Source: Auanema rhodensis (taxonomy: Eukaryota; Animalia; Nematoda). Taken from it: a stretch of 64,000 nt of DNA. The position numbers and the translations under genes were made by a program. The stretch lies in NCBI GenBank assembly GCA_964057225.1, contig OZ059894.1, positions 2,852,001 through 2,916,000 on the forward strand. The letters are read 5' to 3'. The stretch's first letter is position 1, and the number at the start of each line of letters is the position of its first letter. Under the pieces are notes generated by a model. That model did not search any database and was not told where the DNA came from. It saw nothing but the letters and a program-made list of their open reading frames with translations. Positions 38,001 through 54,000 of this stretch are shown piece after piece.

Positions 38001-41000
38001 TTTGCCTTGAAAAAAGGAATCTAAAAACATCTACTTTTTGCTAAATTATTTTGAAATTTTTCGAAAAAATTTTTGTCAAAATGTTTTTGAAAGCAATGTT
38101 GAGTGTACATGGAAACTCAACATACACTAATGCATCATTTTTCAAACGATCATAACTAATTTTTGTATTAAACGTTTCTCAATGTAGTATAGTGCATTCG
38201 ATGCGGATTTTCAAGCTGCGTCGATCTGTGTTATCAGATTTGCGCTAGCTTAAAAATGCACCGAGATATCAACTGATATAAGTTCACACTTATATCCTCG
38301 ATTTTCACCCTGAAGAATTAATTTTTTCGATGAATAACATTGTCCATCGTCTTTGCCGTGAAAAAAGGAATCTAAAAACATCTACTTTTCGCTAAATTAT
38401 TTTGAAATTTTTCGAAAAAATTTTTGTCAAAATGTTTTTGGAAGCAATGTTGAGTGTACATGGAAACTCAACATACACTAATGCATCATTTTTCAAACTA
38501 TCATAACTAATTTTTGTATTAAGCGTTTTTCAATGTAGTATAGTGCATTCGATGCGGATTTTTAAGCTGCGTCGAGCTGTGTTATCAGATTTGCGCTAGC
38601 TTAAAAATGCACCGAGATATCAACTGATATAAGTTCACACTTATATCCTCGATTTTCACCCTGAAGAATTAGTTTTTTCGTTGAATAACATTGTCCATCG
38701 TCTTTGCCTTGAAAAAAGGAATCTAAAAACATCTACTTTTCGCTAAATTATTTTGAAATTTTTTGAAAAAATTTTTGTCAAAATGTTTTTGGAAGCAATG
38801 TTGAGTGTACATGGAAACTCAACATACACTAATGCATCATTTTTCAAACGATCATAACTAATTTTTGTATTAAGCGTTTTTCAATGTAGTATAGTGCATT
38901 CGATGCGGATTTTTAAGCTGCGTCGATCTGTGTTATCAGATTTGCGCTAGCTTAAAAATGCACCGAGATATCAACTGATATAAGTTCACACTTATATCCT
39001 CGATTTTCACCCTGAAGAATTAGTTTTTTCGTTGAATAACATTGTCCATCGTCTTTGCCTTGAAAAAAGGAATCTAAAAACATCTACTTTTCGCTAAATT
39101 ATTTTGAAATTTTTTGAAAAAATTTTTGTCAAAATGTTTTTGGAAGCAATGTTGAGTGTACATGGAAACTCAACATACACTAATGCATCATTTTTCAAAC
39201 GATCATAACTAATTTTTGTATTAAGCGTTTTTCAATGTAGTATAGTGCATTCGATGCGGATTTTTAAGCTGCGTCGATCTGTGTTATCAGATTTGCGCTA
39301 GCTTAAAAATGCACCGAGATATCAACTGATATAAGTTCACACTTATATCCTCGATTTTCACCCTGAAGAATTAATTTTTTCGTTGAATAACATTGTCCAT
39401 CGTCTTTGCCTTGAAAAAAGGAATCTAAAAACATCTACTTTTCGCTAAATTATTTTGAAATTTTTCGAAAAAATTTTTGTCAAAATGTTTTTGGAAGCAA
39501 TGTTGAGTGTACATGGAAACTCAACATACACTAATGCATCATTTTTCAAACGATCATAACTAATTTTTGTATTAAGCGTTTTTCAATGTAGTATAGTGCA
39601 TTCGATGCGGATTTTTAAGCTGCGTCGATCTGTGTTATCAGATTTGCGCTAGCTTAAAAATGCACCGAGATATCAACTGATATAAGTTCACACTTATATC
39701 CTCGATTTTCACCCTGAAGAATTAATTTTTTCGTTGAATAACATTGTCCATCGTCTTTGCCTTGAAAAAAGGAATCTAAAAACATCTACTTTTCGCTAAA
39801 TTATTTTGAAATTTTTCGAAAAAATTTTTGTCAAAATGTTTTTGGAAGCAATGTTGAGTGTACATGGAAACTCAACATACACTAATGCATCATTTTTCAA
39901 ACGATCATAACTAATTTTTGTATTAAACGTTTCTCAATGTAGTATAGTGCATTCGATGCGGATTTTCAAGCTGCGTCGATCTGTGTTATCAGATTTGCGC
40001 TAGCTTAAAAATGCACCGAGATATCAACTGATATAAGTTCACACTTATATCCTCGATTTTCACCCTGAAGAATTAATTTTTTCGATGAATAACATTGTCC
40101 ATCGTCTTTGCCGTGAAAAAAGGAATCTAAAAACATCTACTTTTCGCTAAATTATTTTGAAATTTTTCGAAAAAATTTTTGTCAAAATGTTTTTGGAAGC
40201 AATGTTGAGTGTACATGGAAACTCAACATACACTAATGCATCATTTTTCAAACTATCATAACTAATTTTTGTATTAAGCGTTTTTCAATGTAGTATAGTG
40301 CATTCGATGCGGATTTTTAAGCTGCGTCGAGCTGTGTTATCAGATTTGCGCTAGCTTAAAAATGCACCGAGATATCAACTGATATAAGTTCACACTTATA
40401 TCCTCGATTTTCACCCTGAAGAATTAGTTTTTTCGTTGAATAACATTGTCCATCGTCTTTGCCTTGAAAAAAGGAATCTAAAAACATCTACTTTTCGCTA
40501 AATTATTTTGAAATTTTTTGAAAAAATTTTTGTCAAAATGTTTTTGGAAGCAATGTTGAGTGTACATGGAAACTCAACATACACTAATGCATCATTTTTC
40601 AAACGATCATAACTAATTTTTGTATTAAGCGTTTTTCAATGTAGTATAGTGCATTCGATGCGGATTTTTAAGCTGCGTCGATCTGTGTTATCAGATTTGC
40701 GCTAGCTTAAAAATGCACCGAGATATCAACTGATATAAGTTCACACTTATATCCTCGATTTTCACCCTGAAGAATTAATTTTTTCGTTGAATAACATTGT
40801 CCATCGTCTTTGCCTTGAAAAAAGGAATCTAAAAACATCTACTTTTCGCTAAATTATTTTGAAATTTTTCGAAAAAATTTTTGTCAAAATGTTTTTGGAA
40901 GCAATGTTGAGTGTACATGGAAACTCAACATACACTAATGCATCATTTTTCAAACGATCATAACTAATTTTTGTATTAAACGTTTCTCAATGTAGTATAG

Positions 41001-42820
41001 TGCATTCGATGCGGATTTTCAAGCTGCGTCGATCTGTGTTATCAGATTTGCGCTAGCTTAAAAATGCACCGAGATATCAACTGATATAAGTTCACACTTA
41101 TATCCTCGATTTTCACCCTGAAGAATTAGTTTTTTCGTTGAATAACATTGTCCATCGTCTTTGCCTTGAAAAAAGGAATCTAAAAACATCTACTTTTCGC
41201 TAAATTATTTTGAAATTTTTCGAAAAAATTTTTGTCAAAATGTTTTTGGAAGCAATGTTGAGTGTACATGGAAACTCAACATACACTAATGCATCATTTT
41301 TCAAACGATCATAACTAATTTTTGTATTAAGCGTTTTTCAATGTAGTATAGTGCATACGATGCGGATTTTTAAGCTGCGTCGAGCTGTGTTATCAGATTT
41401 GCGCTAGCTTAAAAATGCACCGAGATATCAACTGATATAAGTTCACACTTATATCCTCGATTTTCACCCTGAAGAATTAATTTTTTCGTTGAATAACATT
41501 GTCCATCGTCTTTGCCTTGAAAAAAGAAATCTAAAAACATCTACTTTTCGCTAAATTATTTTGAAATTTTTCGAAAAAATTTTTGTCAAAATGTTTTTGG
41601 AAGCAATGTTGAGTGTACATGGAAACTCAACATACACTAATGCATCATTTTTCAAACAATCATAACTAATTTTTGTATTAAGCGTTTTTCAATGTAGTAT
41701 AGTGCATTCGATGCGGATTTTTAAGCTGCGTCGAGCTGTGTTATCAGATTTGCGCTAGCTTAAAAATGCACCGAGATATCAACTGATATAATTTCACACA
41801 TATATCCTCGATTTTCACCCTGAAGAATTAATTTTTTCGTTGAATAACATTGTCCATCGTCTTTGCCTTGAAAAAAGGAATCTAAAAACATCTACTTTTT
41901 GCTAAATTATTTTGAAATTTTTCGAAAAAATTTTTGTCAAAATGTTTTTGAAAGCAATGTTGAGTGTACATGGAAACTCAACATACACTAATGCATCATT
42001 TTTCAAACGATCATAACTAATTTTTGTATTAAACGTTTCTCAATGTAGTATAGTGCATTCGATGCGGATTTTCAAGCTGCGTCGATCTGTGTTATCAGAT
42101 TTGCGCTAGCTTAAAAATGCACCGAGATATCAACTGATATAAGTTCACACTTATATCCTCGATTTTCACCCTGAAGAATTAATTTTTTCGATGAATAACA
42201 TTGTCCATCGTCTTTGCCGTGAAAAAAGGAATCTAAAAACATCTACTTTTCGCTAAATTATTTTGAAATTTTTCGAAAAAATTTTTGTCAAAATGTTTTT
42301 GGAAGCAATGTTGAGTGTACATGGAAACTCAACATACACTAATGCATCATTTTTCAAACGATCATAACTAATTTTCGTATTAAGCCTTTATCAATGTAGT
42401 ATAGTGCATTCGATGCGGATTTTTAAGCTGCGTCGATCTGTGTTATCAGATTTGCGCTAGCTTAAAAATGCACCGAGATATCAACTGATATAAGTTCACA
42501 CTTATATCCTCGATTTTCACCCTGAAGAATTAGTTTTTTCGTTGAATAACATTGTCCATCGTCTTTGCCTTGAAAAAAGGAATCTAAAAACATCTACTTT
42601 TCGCTAAATTATTTTGAAATTTTTTGAAAAAATTTTTGTCAAAATGTTTTTGGAAGCAATGTTGAGTGTACATGGAAACTCAACATACACTAATGCATCA
42701 TTTTTCAAACGATCATAACTAATTTTTGTATTAAGCGTTTTTCAATGTAGTATAGTGCATTCGATGCGGATTTTTAAGCTGCGTCGATCTGTGTTATCAG
42801 ATTTGCGCTAGCTTAAAAAT
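35099..42820. repeat. 11-monomer tandem duplication (units 101-111 ~ 112-122; 3861-bp period) built on a 3-monomer motif
   Basis: The same variant order recurs at +3861, e.g. AAAGAAATC+AACAAT unit at 37556 and 41417, ATAATTTCACACATA unit at 37907 and 41768, and CGATGA+GCCGTG+AACTAT unit at 36152 and 40013. Confidence 0.85.
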
Positions 42821-45800
42821 GCACCGAGATATCAACTGATATAAGTTCACACTTATATCCTCGATTTTCACCCTGAAGAATTAGTTTTTTCGTTGAATAA
42901 CATTGTCCATCGTCTTTGCCTTGAAAAAAGGAATCTAAAAACATCTACTTTTCGCTAAATTATTTTGAAATTTTTCGAAAAAATTTTTGTCAAAATGTTT
43001 TTGGAAGCAATGTTGAGTGTACATGGAAACTCAACATACACTAATGCATCATTTTTCAAACAATCATAACTAATTTTTGTATTAAGCGTTTTTCAATGTA
43101 GTATAGTGCATTCGATGCGGATTTTTAAGCTGCGTCGAGCTGTGTTATCAGATTTGCGCTAGCTTAAAAATGCACCGAGATATCAACTGATATAATTTCA
43201 CACATATATCCTCGATTTTCACCCTGAAGAATTAATTTTTTCGTTGAATAACATTGTCCATCGTCTTTGCCTTGAAAAAAGGAATCTAAAAACATCTACT
43301 TTTTGCTAAATTATTTTGAAATTTTTCGAAAAAATTTTTGTCAAAATGTTTTTGAAAGCAATGTTGAGTGTACATGGAAACTCAACATACACTAATGCAT
43401 CATTTTTCAAACGATCATAACTAATTTTTGTATTAAACGTTTCTCAATGTAGTATAGTGCATTCGATGCGGATTTTCAAGCTGCGTCGATCTGTGTTATC
43501 AGATTTGCGCTAGCTTAAAAATGCACCGAGATATCAACTGATATAAGTTCACACTTATATCCTCGATTTTCACCCTGAAGAATTAATTTTTTCGATGAAT
43601 AACATTGTCCATCGTCTTTGCCGTGAAAAAAGGAATCTAAAAACATCTACTTTTCGCTAAATTATTTTGAAATTTTTCGAAAAAATTTTTGTCAAAATGT
43701 TTTTGGAAGCAATGTTGAGTGTACATGGAAACTCAACATACACTAATGCATCATTTTTCAAACGATCATAACTAATTTTCGTATTAAGCCTTTATCAATG
43801 TAGTATAGTGCATTCGATGCGGATTTTTAAGCTGCGTCGATCTGTGTTATCAGATTTGCGCTAGCTTAAAAATGCACCGAGATATCAACTGATATAAGTT
43901 CACACTTATATCCTCGATTTTCACCCTGAAGAATTAGTTTTTTCGTTGAATAACATTGTCCATCGTCTTTGCCTTGAAAAAAGGAATCTAAAAACATCTA
44001 CTTTTCGCTAAATTATTTTGAAATTTTTTGAAAAAATTTTTGTCAAAATGTTTTTGGAAGCAATGTTGAGTGTACATGGAAACTCAACATACACTAATGC
44101 ATCATTTTTCAAACGATCATAACTAATTTTTGTATTAAGCGTTTTTCAATGTAGTATAGTGCATTCGATGCGGATTTTTAAGCTGCGTCGATCTGTGTTA
44201 TCAGATTTGCGCTAGCTTAAAAATGCACCGAGATATCAACTGATATAAGTTCACACTTATATCCTCGATTTTCACCCTGAAGAATTAATTTTTTCGTTGA
44301 ATAACATTGTCCATCGTCTTTGCCTTGAAAAAAGGAATCTAAAAACATCTACTTTTCGCTAAATTATTTTGAAATTTTTCGAAAAAATTTTTGTCAAAAT
44401 GTTTTTGGAAGCAATGTTGAGTGTACATGGAAACTCAACATACACTAATGCATCATTTTTCAAACGATCATAACTAATTTTTGTATTAAACGTTTCTCAA
44501 TGTAGTATAGTGCATTCGATGCGGATTTTCAAGCTGCGTCGATCTGTGTTATCAGATTTGCGCTAGCTTAAAAATGCACCGAGATATCAACTGATATAAG
44601 TTCACACTTATATCCTCGATTTTCACCCTGAAGAATTAATTTTTTCGATGAATAACATTGTCCATCGTCTTTGCCGTGAAAAAAGGAATCTAAAAACATC
44701 TACTTTTCGCTAAATTATTTTGAAATTTTTCGAAAAAATTTTTGTCAAAATGTTTTTGGAAGCAATGTTGAGTGTACATGGAAACTCAACATACACTAAT
44801 GCATCATTTTTCAAACGATCATAACTAATTTTTGTATTAAGCGTTTTTCAATGTAGTATAGTGCATTCGATGCGGATTTTTAAGCTGCGTCGAGCTGTGT
44901 TATCAGATTTGCGCTAGCTTAAAAATGCACCGAGATATCAACTGATATAAGTTCACACTTATATCCTCGATTTTCACCCTGAAGAATTAATTTTTTCGTT
45001 GAATAACATTGTCCATCGTCTTTGCCTTGAAAAAAGAAATCTAAAAACATCTACTTTTCGCTAAATTATTTTGAAATTTTTCGAAAAAATTTTTGTCAAA
45101 ATGTTTTTGGAAGCAATGTTGAGTGTACATGGAAACTCAACATACACTAATGCATCATTTTTCAAACAATCATAACTAATTTTTGTATTAAGCGTTTTTC
45201 AATGTAGTATAGTGCATTCGATGCGGATTTTTAAGCTGCGTCGAGCTGTGTTATCAGATTTGCGCTAGCTTAAAAATGCACCGAGATATCAACTGATATA
45301 ATTTCACACATATATCCTCGATTTTCACCCTGAAGAATTAATTTTTTCGTTGAATAACATTGTCCATCGTCTTTGCCTTGAAAAAAGGAATCTAAAAACA
45401 TCTACTTTTCGCTAAATTATTTTGAAATTTTTCGAAAAAATTTTTGTCAAAATGTTTTTGGAAGCAATGTTGAGTGTACATGGAAACTCAACATACACTA
45501 ATGCATCATTTTTCAAACGATCATAACTAATTTTTGTATTAAGCGTTTTTCAATGTAGTATAGTGCATTCGATGCGGATTTTTAAGCTGCGTCGATCTGT
45601 GTTATCAGATTTGCGCTAGCTTAAAAATGCACCGAGATATCAACTGATATAAGTTCACACTTATATCCTCGATTTTCACCCTGAAGAAATAATTTTTTCG
45701 TTGAATAACATTGTCCATCGTCTTTGCCTTGAAAAAAGGAATCTAAAAACATCTACTTTTCGCTAAATTATTTTGAAATTTTTTGAAAAAATTTTTGTCA

Positions 45801-48085
45801 AAATGTTTTTGGAAGCAATGTTGAGTGTACATGGAAACTCAACATACACTAATGCATCATTTTTCAAACGATCATAACTAATTTTTGTATTAAGCGTTTT
45901 TCAATGTAGTATAGTGCATTCGATGCGGATTTTTAAGCTGCGTCGATCTGTGTTATCAGATTTGCGCTAGCTTAAAAATGCACCGAGATATCAACTGATA
46001 TGAGTTCACACTTATATCCTCGATTTTCACCCTGAAGAATTAATTTTTTCGTTGAATAACATTGTCCATCGTCTTTGCCTTGAAAAAAGGAATCTAAAAA
46101 CATCTACTTTTCGCTAAATTATTTTGAAATTTTTCGAAAAAATTTTTGTCAAAATGTTTTTGGAAGCAATGTTGAGTGTACATGGAAACTCAACATACAC
46201 TAATGCATCATTTTTCAAACAATCATAACTAATTTGTGTATTAAGCGTTTTTCAATGTAGTATAGTGCATTCGATGCGGATTTTTAAGCTGCGTCGATCT
46301 GTGTTATCCGATTTGCGCTAGCTGAAAAATGCACCGAGATATCAACTGATATAAGTTCACACTTATATCCTCGATTTTCACCCTGAAGAATTAATTTTTT
46401 CGTTGAATAACATTGTCCATCGTCTTTGCCTTGAAAAAAGGAATCTAAAAACATCTACTTTTCGCTAAATTATTTTGAAATTTTTCGAAAAAATTTTTGT
46501 CAAAATGTTTTTGGAAGCAATGTTGAGTGTACATGGAAACTCAACATACACTAATGCATCATTTTTCAAACAATCATAACTAATTTTTGTATTAAGCGTT
46601 TTTCAATGTAGTATAGTGCATTCGATGCGGATTTTTAAGCTGCGTCGATCTGTGTTATCCGATTTGCGCTAGCTGAAAAATGCACCGAGATATCAACTGA
46701 TATAAGTTCACACATATATCCTTGATTTTCACCCTGAAGAATTAATTTTTTCGTTGAATAACATTGTCCATCGTCTTTGCCTTGAAAAAAGGAATCTAAA
46801 AACATCTACTTTTCGCTAAATTATTTTGAAATTTTTTGAAAAAATTTTTGTCAAAATGTTTTTGGAAGCAATGTTGAGTGTACATGGAAACTCAACATAC
46901 ACTAATGCATCATTTTTCAAACGATCATAACTAATTTTTGTATTAAGCGTTTTTCAATGTAGTCTAGTGCATTCGATGCGGATTTTCAAGCTGCGTCGAT
47001 CTGTGTTATCAGATTTGCGCTAGCTTAAAAATGCACCGAGATATCAACTGATATAAGTTCACACTTATATCCTCGATTTTCACCCTGAAGAATTAATTTT
47101 TTCGATGAATAACATTGTCCATCGTCTTTGCCGTGAAAAAAGGAATCTAAAAACATCTACTTTTCGCTAAATTATTTTGAAATTTTCCGAAAAAATTTTT
47201 GTCAAAATGTTTTTGGAAGCAATGTTGAGTGTACATGGAAACTCAACATACACTAATGCATCATTTTTCAAACGATCATAACTAATTTGTGTATTAAGCG
47301 TTTTTCAATGTAGTATAGTGCATTCGATGCGGATTTTTAAGCTGCGTCGATCTGTGTTATCAGATTTGCGCTAGCTTAAAAATGCACCGAGATATCAACT
47401 GATATAAGTTCACACTTATATCCTCGATTTTCACCCTGAAGAATTAATTTTTTCGTTGAATAACATTGTCCATCGTCTTTGCCTTGAAAAAAGGAATCTA
47501 AAAACATCTACTTTTCGCTAAATTATTTTGAAATTTTTCGAAAAAATTTTTGTCAAAATGTTTTTGGAAGCAATGTTGAGTGTACATGGAAACTCAACAT
47601 ACACTAATGCATCATTTTTCAAACAATCATAACTAATTTTTGTATTAAGCGTTTTTCAATGTAGTATAGTGCATTCGATGCGGATTTTTAAGCTGCGTCG
47701 ATCTGTGTTATCCGATTTGCGCTAGCTGAAAAATGCACCGAGATATCAACTGATATAAGTTCACACATATATCCTCGATTTTCACCCTGAAGAATTAATT
47801 TTTTCGTTGAATAACATTGTCCATCGTCTTTGCCTTGAAAAAAGGAATCTAAAAACATCTACTTTTCGCTAAATTATTTTGAAATTTTTTGAAAAAATTT
47901 TTGTCAAAATGTTTTTGGAAGCAATGTTGAGTGTACATGGAAACTCAACATACACTAATGCATCATTTTTCAAACGATCATAACTAATTTTTGTATTAAG
48001 CGTTTTTCAATGTAGTATAGTGCATTCGATGCGGATTTTTAAGCTGCGTCGAGCTGTGTTATCAGATTTGCGCTAGCTTAAAAAT

Positions 48086-51000
48086 GCACCGAGATATCAA
48101 CTGATATAAGTTCACACTTATATCCTCGATTTTCACCCTGAAGAATTAATTTTTTCGTTGAATAACATTGTCCATCGTCTTTGCCTTGAAAAAAAGAATC
48201 TAAAAACATCTACTTTTTGCTAAATTATTTTGAAATTTTTCGAAAAAATTTTTGTCAAAATGTTTTTGGAAGCAATGTTGAGTGTACATGGAAACTCAAC
48301 ATACACTAATGCATCATTTTTCAAACGATCATAACTAATTTTTGTATTAAGCGTTTTTCAATGTAGTCTAGTGCATTCGATGCGGATTTTCAAGCTGCGT
48401 CGATCTGTGTTATCAGATTTGCGCTAGCTTGAAAATGCACCGAGATATCAACTGATATAAGTTCACACTTATATCCTCGATTTTCACCCTGAAGAATTAA
48501 TTTTTTCGATGAATAACATTGTCCATCGTCTTTGCCGTGAAAAAAGGAATCTAAAAACATCTACTTTTCGCTAAATTATTTTGAAATTTTTCGAAAAAAT
48601 TTTTGTCAAAATGTTTTTGGAAGCAATGTTGAGTGTACATGGAAACTCAACATACACTAATGCATCATTTTTCAAACGATCATAACTAATTTGTGTATTA
48701 AGCGTTTTTCAATGTAGTATAGTGCATTCGATGCGGATTTTTAAGCTGCGTCGATCTGTGTTATCAGATTTGCGCTAGCTTAAAAATACACCGAGATATC
48801 AACTGATATAAGTTCACACTTATATCCTCGATTTTCACCCTGAAGAATTAATTTTTTCGTTGAATAACATTGTCCATCGTCTTTGCCTTGAAAAAAGGAA
48901 TCTAAAAACATCTACTTTTCGCTAAATTATTTTGAAATTTTTCGAAAAAATTTTTGTCAAAATGTTTTTGGAAGCAATGTTGAGTGTACATGGAAACTCA
49001 ACATACACTAATGCATCATTTTTCAAACAATCATAACTAATTTTTGTATTAAGCGTTTTTCAATGTAGTATAGTGCATTCGATGCGGATTTTTAAGCTGC
49101 GTCGATCTGTGTTATCCGATTTGCGCTAGCTGAAAAATGCACCGAGATATCAACTGATATAAGTTCACACATATATCCTCGATTTTCACCCTGAAGAATT
49201 AATTTTTTCGTTGAATAACATTGTCCATCGTCTTTGCCTTGAAAAAAGGAATCTAAAAACATCTACTTTTCGCTAAATTATTTTGAAATTTTTTGAAAAA
49301 ATTTTTGTCAAAATGTTTTTGGAAGCAATGTTGAGTGTACATGGAAACTCAACATACACTAATGCATCATTTTTCAAACGATCATAACTAATTTTTGTAT
49401 TAAGCGTTTTCCAATGTAGTATAGTGCATTCGATGCGGATTTTTAAGCTGCGTCGAGCTGTGTTATCAGATTTGCGCTAGCTTAAAAATGCACCGAGATA
49501 TCAACTGATATAAGTTCACACTTATATCCTCGATTTTCACCCTGAAGAATTAATTTTTTCGTTGAATAACATTGTCCATCGTCTTTGCCTTGAAAAAAGG
49601 AATCTAAAAACATCTACTTTTCGCTAAATTATTTTGAAATTTTTCGAAAAAATTTTTGTCAAAATGTTTTTGGAAGCAATGTTGAGTGTACATGGAAACT
49701 CAACATACACTAATGCATCATTTTTCAAACGATCATAACTAATTTTTGTATTAAGCGTTTTTCAATGTAGTATAGTGCATTCGATGCGGATTTTCAAGCT
49801 GCGTCGATCTGTGTTATCAGATTTGCGCTAGCTTAAAAATGCACCGAGATATCAACTGATATAAGTTCACACTTATATCCTCGATTTTCACCCTGAAGAA
49901 TTAATTTTTTCGATGAATAACATTGTCCATCGTCTTTGCCGTGAAAAAAGGAATCTAAAAACATCTACTTTTCGCTAAATTATTTTGAAATTTTTCGAAA
50001 AAATTTTTGTCAAAATGTTTTTGGAAGCAATGTTGAGTGTACATGGAAACTCAACATACAGTAATGCATCATTTTTCAAACAATCATAACTAATTTTTGT
50101 ATTAAGCGTTTTTCAATGTAGTATAGTGCATTCGATGCGGATTTTTAAGCTGCGTCGAGCTGTGTTATCAGATTTGCGCTAGCTTAAAAATGCACCGAGA
50201 TATCAACTGATATAAGTTCACACATATATCCTCGATTTTCACCCTGAAGAATTAATTTTTTCGTTGAATAACATTGTCCATCGTCTTTGCCTTGAAAAAA
50301 GGAATCTAAAAACATCTACTTTTCGCTAAATTATTTTGAAATTTTTCGAAAAAATTTTTGTCAAAATGTTTTTGGAAGCAATGTTGAGTGTACATGGAAA
50401 CTCAACATACACTAATGCATCATTTTTCAAACAATCATAACTAATTTTTGTATTAAGCGTTTTTCAATGTAGTATAGTGCATTCGATGCGGATTTTTAAG
50501 CTGCGTCGATCTGTGTTATCCGATTTGCGCTAGCTGAAAAATGCACCGAGATATCAACTGATATAAGTTCACACATATATCCTCGATTTTCACCCTGAAG
50601 AATTAATTTTTTCGTTGAATAACATTGTCCATCGTCTTTGCCTTGAAAGAAGGAATCTAAAAACATCTACTTTTCGCTAAATTATTTTGAAATTTTTTGA
50701 AAAAATTTTTGTCAAAATGTTTTTGGAAGCAATGTTGAGTGTACATGGAAACTCAACATACACTAATGCATCATTTTTCAAACGATCATAACTAATTTCT
50801 GTATTAAGCGTTTTTCAATGTAGTATAGTGCATTCGATGCGGACTTTCAAGCTGCGTCGATCTGTGTTATCAGATTTGCGCTAGCTTAAAAATGCACCGA
50901 GATATCAACTGATATAAGTTCACACTTATATCCTCGATTTTCACCCTGAAGAATTAATTTTTTCGATGAATAACATTGTCCATCGTCTTTGCCTTGAAAA

Positions 51001-54000
51001 AAGGAATCTAAAAACATCTACTTTTCGCTAAATTATTTTGAAATTTTTCGAAAAAATTTTTGTCAAAATGTTTTTGGAAGCAATGTTGAGTGTACATGGA
51101 AACTCAACATACACTAATGCATCATTTTTCAAACGATCATAACTAATTTTTGTATTAAGCGTTTTTCATTGTAGTATAGTGCATTCGATGCGGATTTTTA
51201 AGCTGCGTCGATCTGTGTTATCCGATTTGCGCTAGCTGAAAAATGCACCGAGATATCAACTGATATAAGTTCACACTTATATCCTCGATTTTCACCCTGA
51301 AGAATTAATTTTTTCGTTGAATAACATTGTCCATCGTCTTTGCCTTGAAAAAAGGAATCTAAAAACATCTACTTTTCGCTAAATTATTTTGAAATTTTTT
51401 GAAAAAATTTTTGTCAAAATGTTTTTGGAAGCAATGTTGAGTGTACATGGAAACTCAACATACACTAATGCATCATTTTTCAAACGATCATAACTAATTT
51501 CTGTATTAAGCGTTTTTCATTGTAGTATAGTGCATTCGATGCGGATTTTTAAGCTGCGTCGATCTGTGTTATCCGATTTGCGCTAGCTGAAAAATGCACC
51601 GAGATATCAACTGATATAAGTTCACACTTATATCCTCGATTTTCACCCTGAAGAATTAATTTTTTCGATGAATAACATTGTCCATCGTCTTTGCCGTGAA
51701 AAAAGGAATCTAAAAACATCTACTTTTCGCTAAATTATTTTGAAATTTTTCGAAAAAATTTTTGTCAAAATGTTTTTGGAAGCAATGTTGAGTGTACATG
51801 GAAACTCAACATACAGTAATGCATCATTTTTCAAACAATCATAACTAATTTTTGTATTAAGCGTTTTTCAATGTAGTATAGTGCATTCGATGCGGATTTT
51901 TAAGCTGCGTCGAGCTGTGTTATCAGATTTGCGCTAGCTTAAAAATGCACCGAGATATCAACTGATATAAGTTCACACTTATATCCTCGATTTTCACCCT
52001 GAAGAATTAATTTTTTCGTTGAATAACATTGTCCATCGTCTTTGCCTTGAAAAAAGGAATCTAAAAACATCTACTTTTCGCTAAATTATTTTGAAATTTT
52101 TCGAAAAAATTTTTGTCAAAATGTTTTTGGAAGCAATGTTGAGTGTACATGGAAACTCAACATACACTAATGCATCATTTTTCAAACAATCATAACTAAT
52201 TTTTGTATTAAGCGTTTTTCAATGTAGTATAGTGCATTCGATGCGGATTTTTAAGCTGCGTCGATCTGTGTTATCCGATTTGCGCTAGCTGAAAAATGCA
52301 CCGAGATATCAACTGATATAAGTTCACACATATATCCTCGATTTTCACCCTGAAGAATTAATTTTTTCGTTGAATAACATTGTCCATCGTCTTTGCCTTG
52401 AAAAAAGGAATCTAAAAACATCTACTTTTCGCTAAATTATTTTGAAATTTTTTGAAAAAATTTTTGTCAAAATGTTTTTGGAAGCAATGTTGAGTGTACA
52501 TGGAAACTCAACATACACTAATGCATCATTTTTCAAACGATCATAACTAATTTTTGTATTAAGCGTTTTTCAATGTAGTATAGTGCATTCGATGCGGATT
52601 TTTAAGCTGCGTCGAGCTGTGTTATCAGATTTGCGCTAGCTTAAAAATGCACCGAGATATCAACTGATATAAGTTCACACTTATATCCTCGATTTTCACC
52701 CTGAAGAATTAATTTTTTCGTTGAATAACATTGTCCATCGTCTTTGCCTTGAAAAAAGGAATCTAAAAACATCTACTTTTCGCTAAATTATTTTGAAATT
52801 TTTCGAAAAAATTTTTGTCAAAATGTTTTTGGAAGCAATGTTGAGTGTACATGGAAACTCAACATACACTAATGCATCATTTTTCAAACGATCATAACTA
52901 ATTTTTGTATTAAGCGTTTTTCAATGTAGTATAGTGCATTCGATGCGGATTTTCAAGCTGCGTCGATCTGTGTTATCAGATTTGCGCTAGCTTAAAAATG
53001 CACCGAGATATCAACTGATATAAGTTCACACTTATATCCTCGATTTTCACCCTGAAGAATTAATTTTTTCGTTGAATAACATTGTCCATCGTCTTTGCCT
53101 TGAAAAAAGGAATCTAAAAACATCTACTTTTCGCTAAATTATTTTGAAATTTTTCGAAAAAATTTTTGTCAAAATGTTTTTGGAAGCAATGTTGAGTGTA
53201 CATGGAAACTCAACATACACTAATGCATCATTTTTCAAACGATCATAACTAATTTTTGTATTAAGCGTTTTTCAATGTAGTCTAGTGCATTCGATGCGGA
53301 TTTTCAAGCTGCGTCGATCTGTGTTATCAGATTTGCGCTAGCTTGAAAATGCACCGAGATATCAACTGATATAAGTTCACACTTATATCCTCGATTTTCA
53401 CCCTGAAGAATTAATTTTTTCGATGAATAACATTGTCCATCGTCTTTGCCGTGAAAAAAGGAATCTAAAAACATCTACTTTTCGCTAAATTATTTTGAAA
53501 TTTTTCGAAAAAATTTTTGTCAAAATGTTTTTGGAAGCAATGTTGAGTGTACATGGAAACTCAACATACACTAATGCATCATTTTTCAAACGATCATAAC
53601 TAATTTGTGTATTAAGCGTTTTTCAATGTAGTATAGTGCATTCGATGCGGATTTTTAAGCTGCGTCGATCTGTGTTATCAGATTTGCGCTAGCTTAAAAA
53701 TGCACCGAGATATCAACTGATATAAGTTCACACTTATATCCTCGATTTTCACCCTGAAGAATTAATTTTTTCGTTGAATAACATTGTCCATCGTCTTTGC
53801 CTTGAAAAAAGGAATCTAAAAACATCTACTTTTCGCTAAATTATTTTGAAATTTTTCGAAAAAATTTTTGTCAAAATGTTTTTGGAAGCAATGTTGAGTG
53901 TACATGGAAACTCAACATACACTAATGCATCATTTTTCAAACAATCATAACTAATTTTTGTATTAAGCGTTTTTCAATGTAGTATAGTGCATTCGATGCG

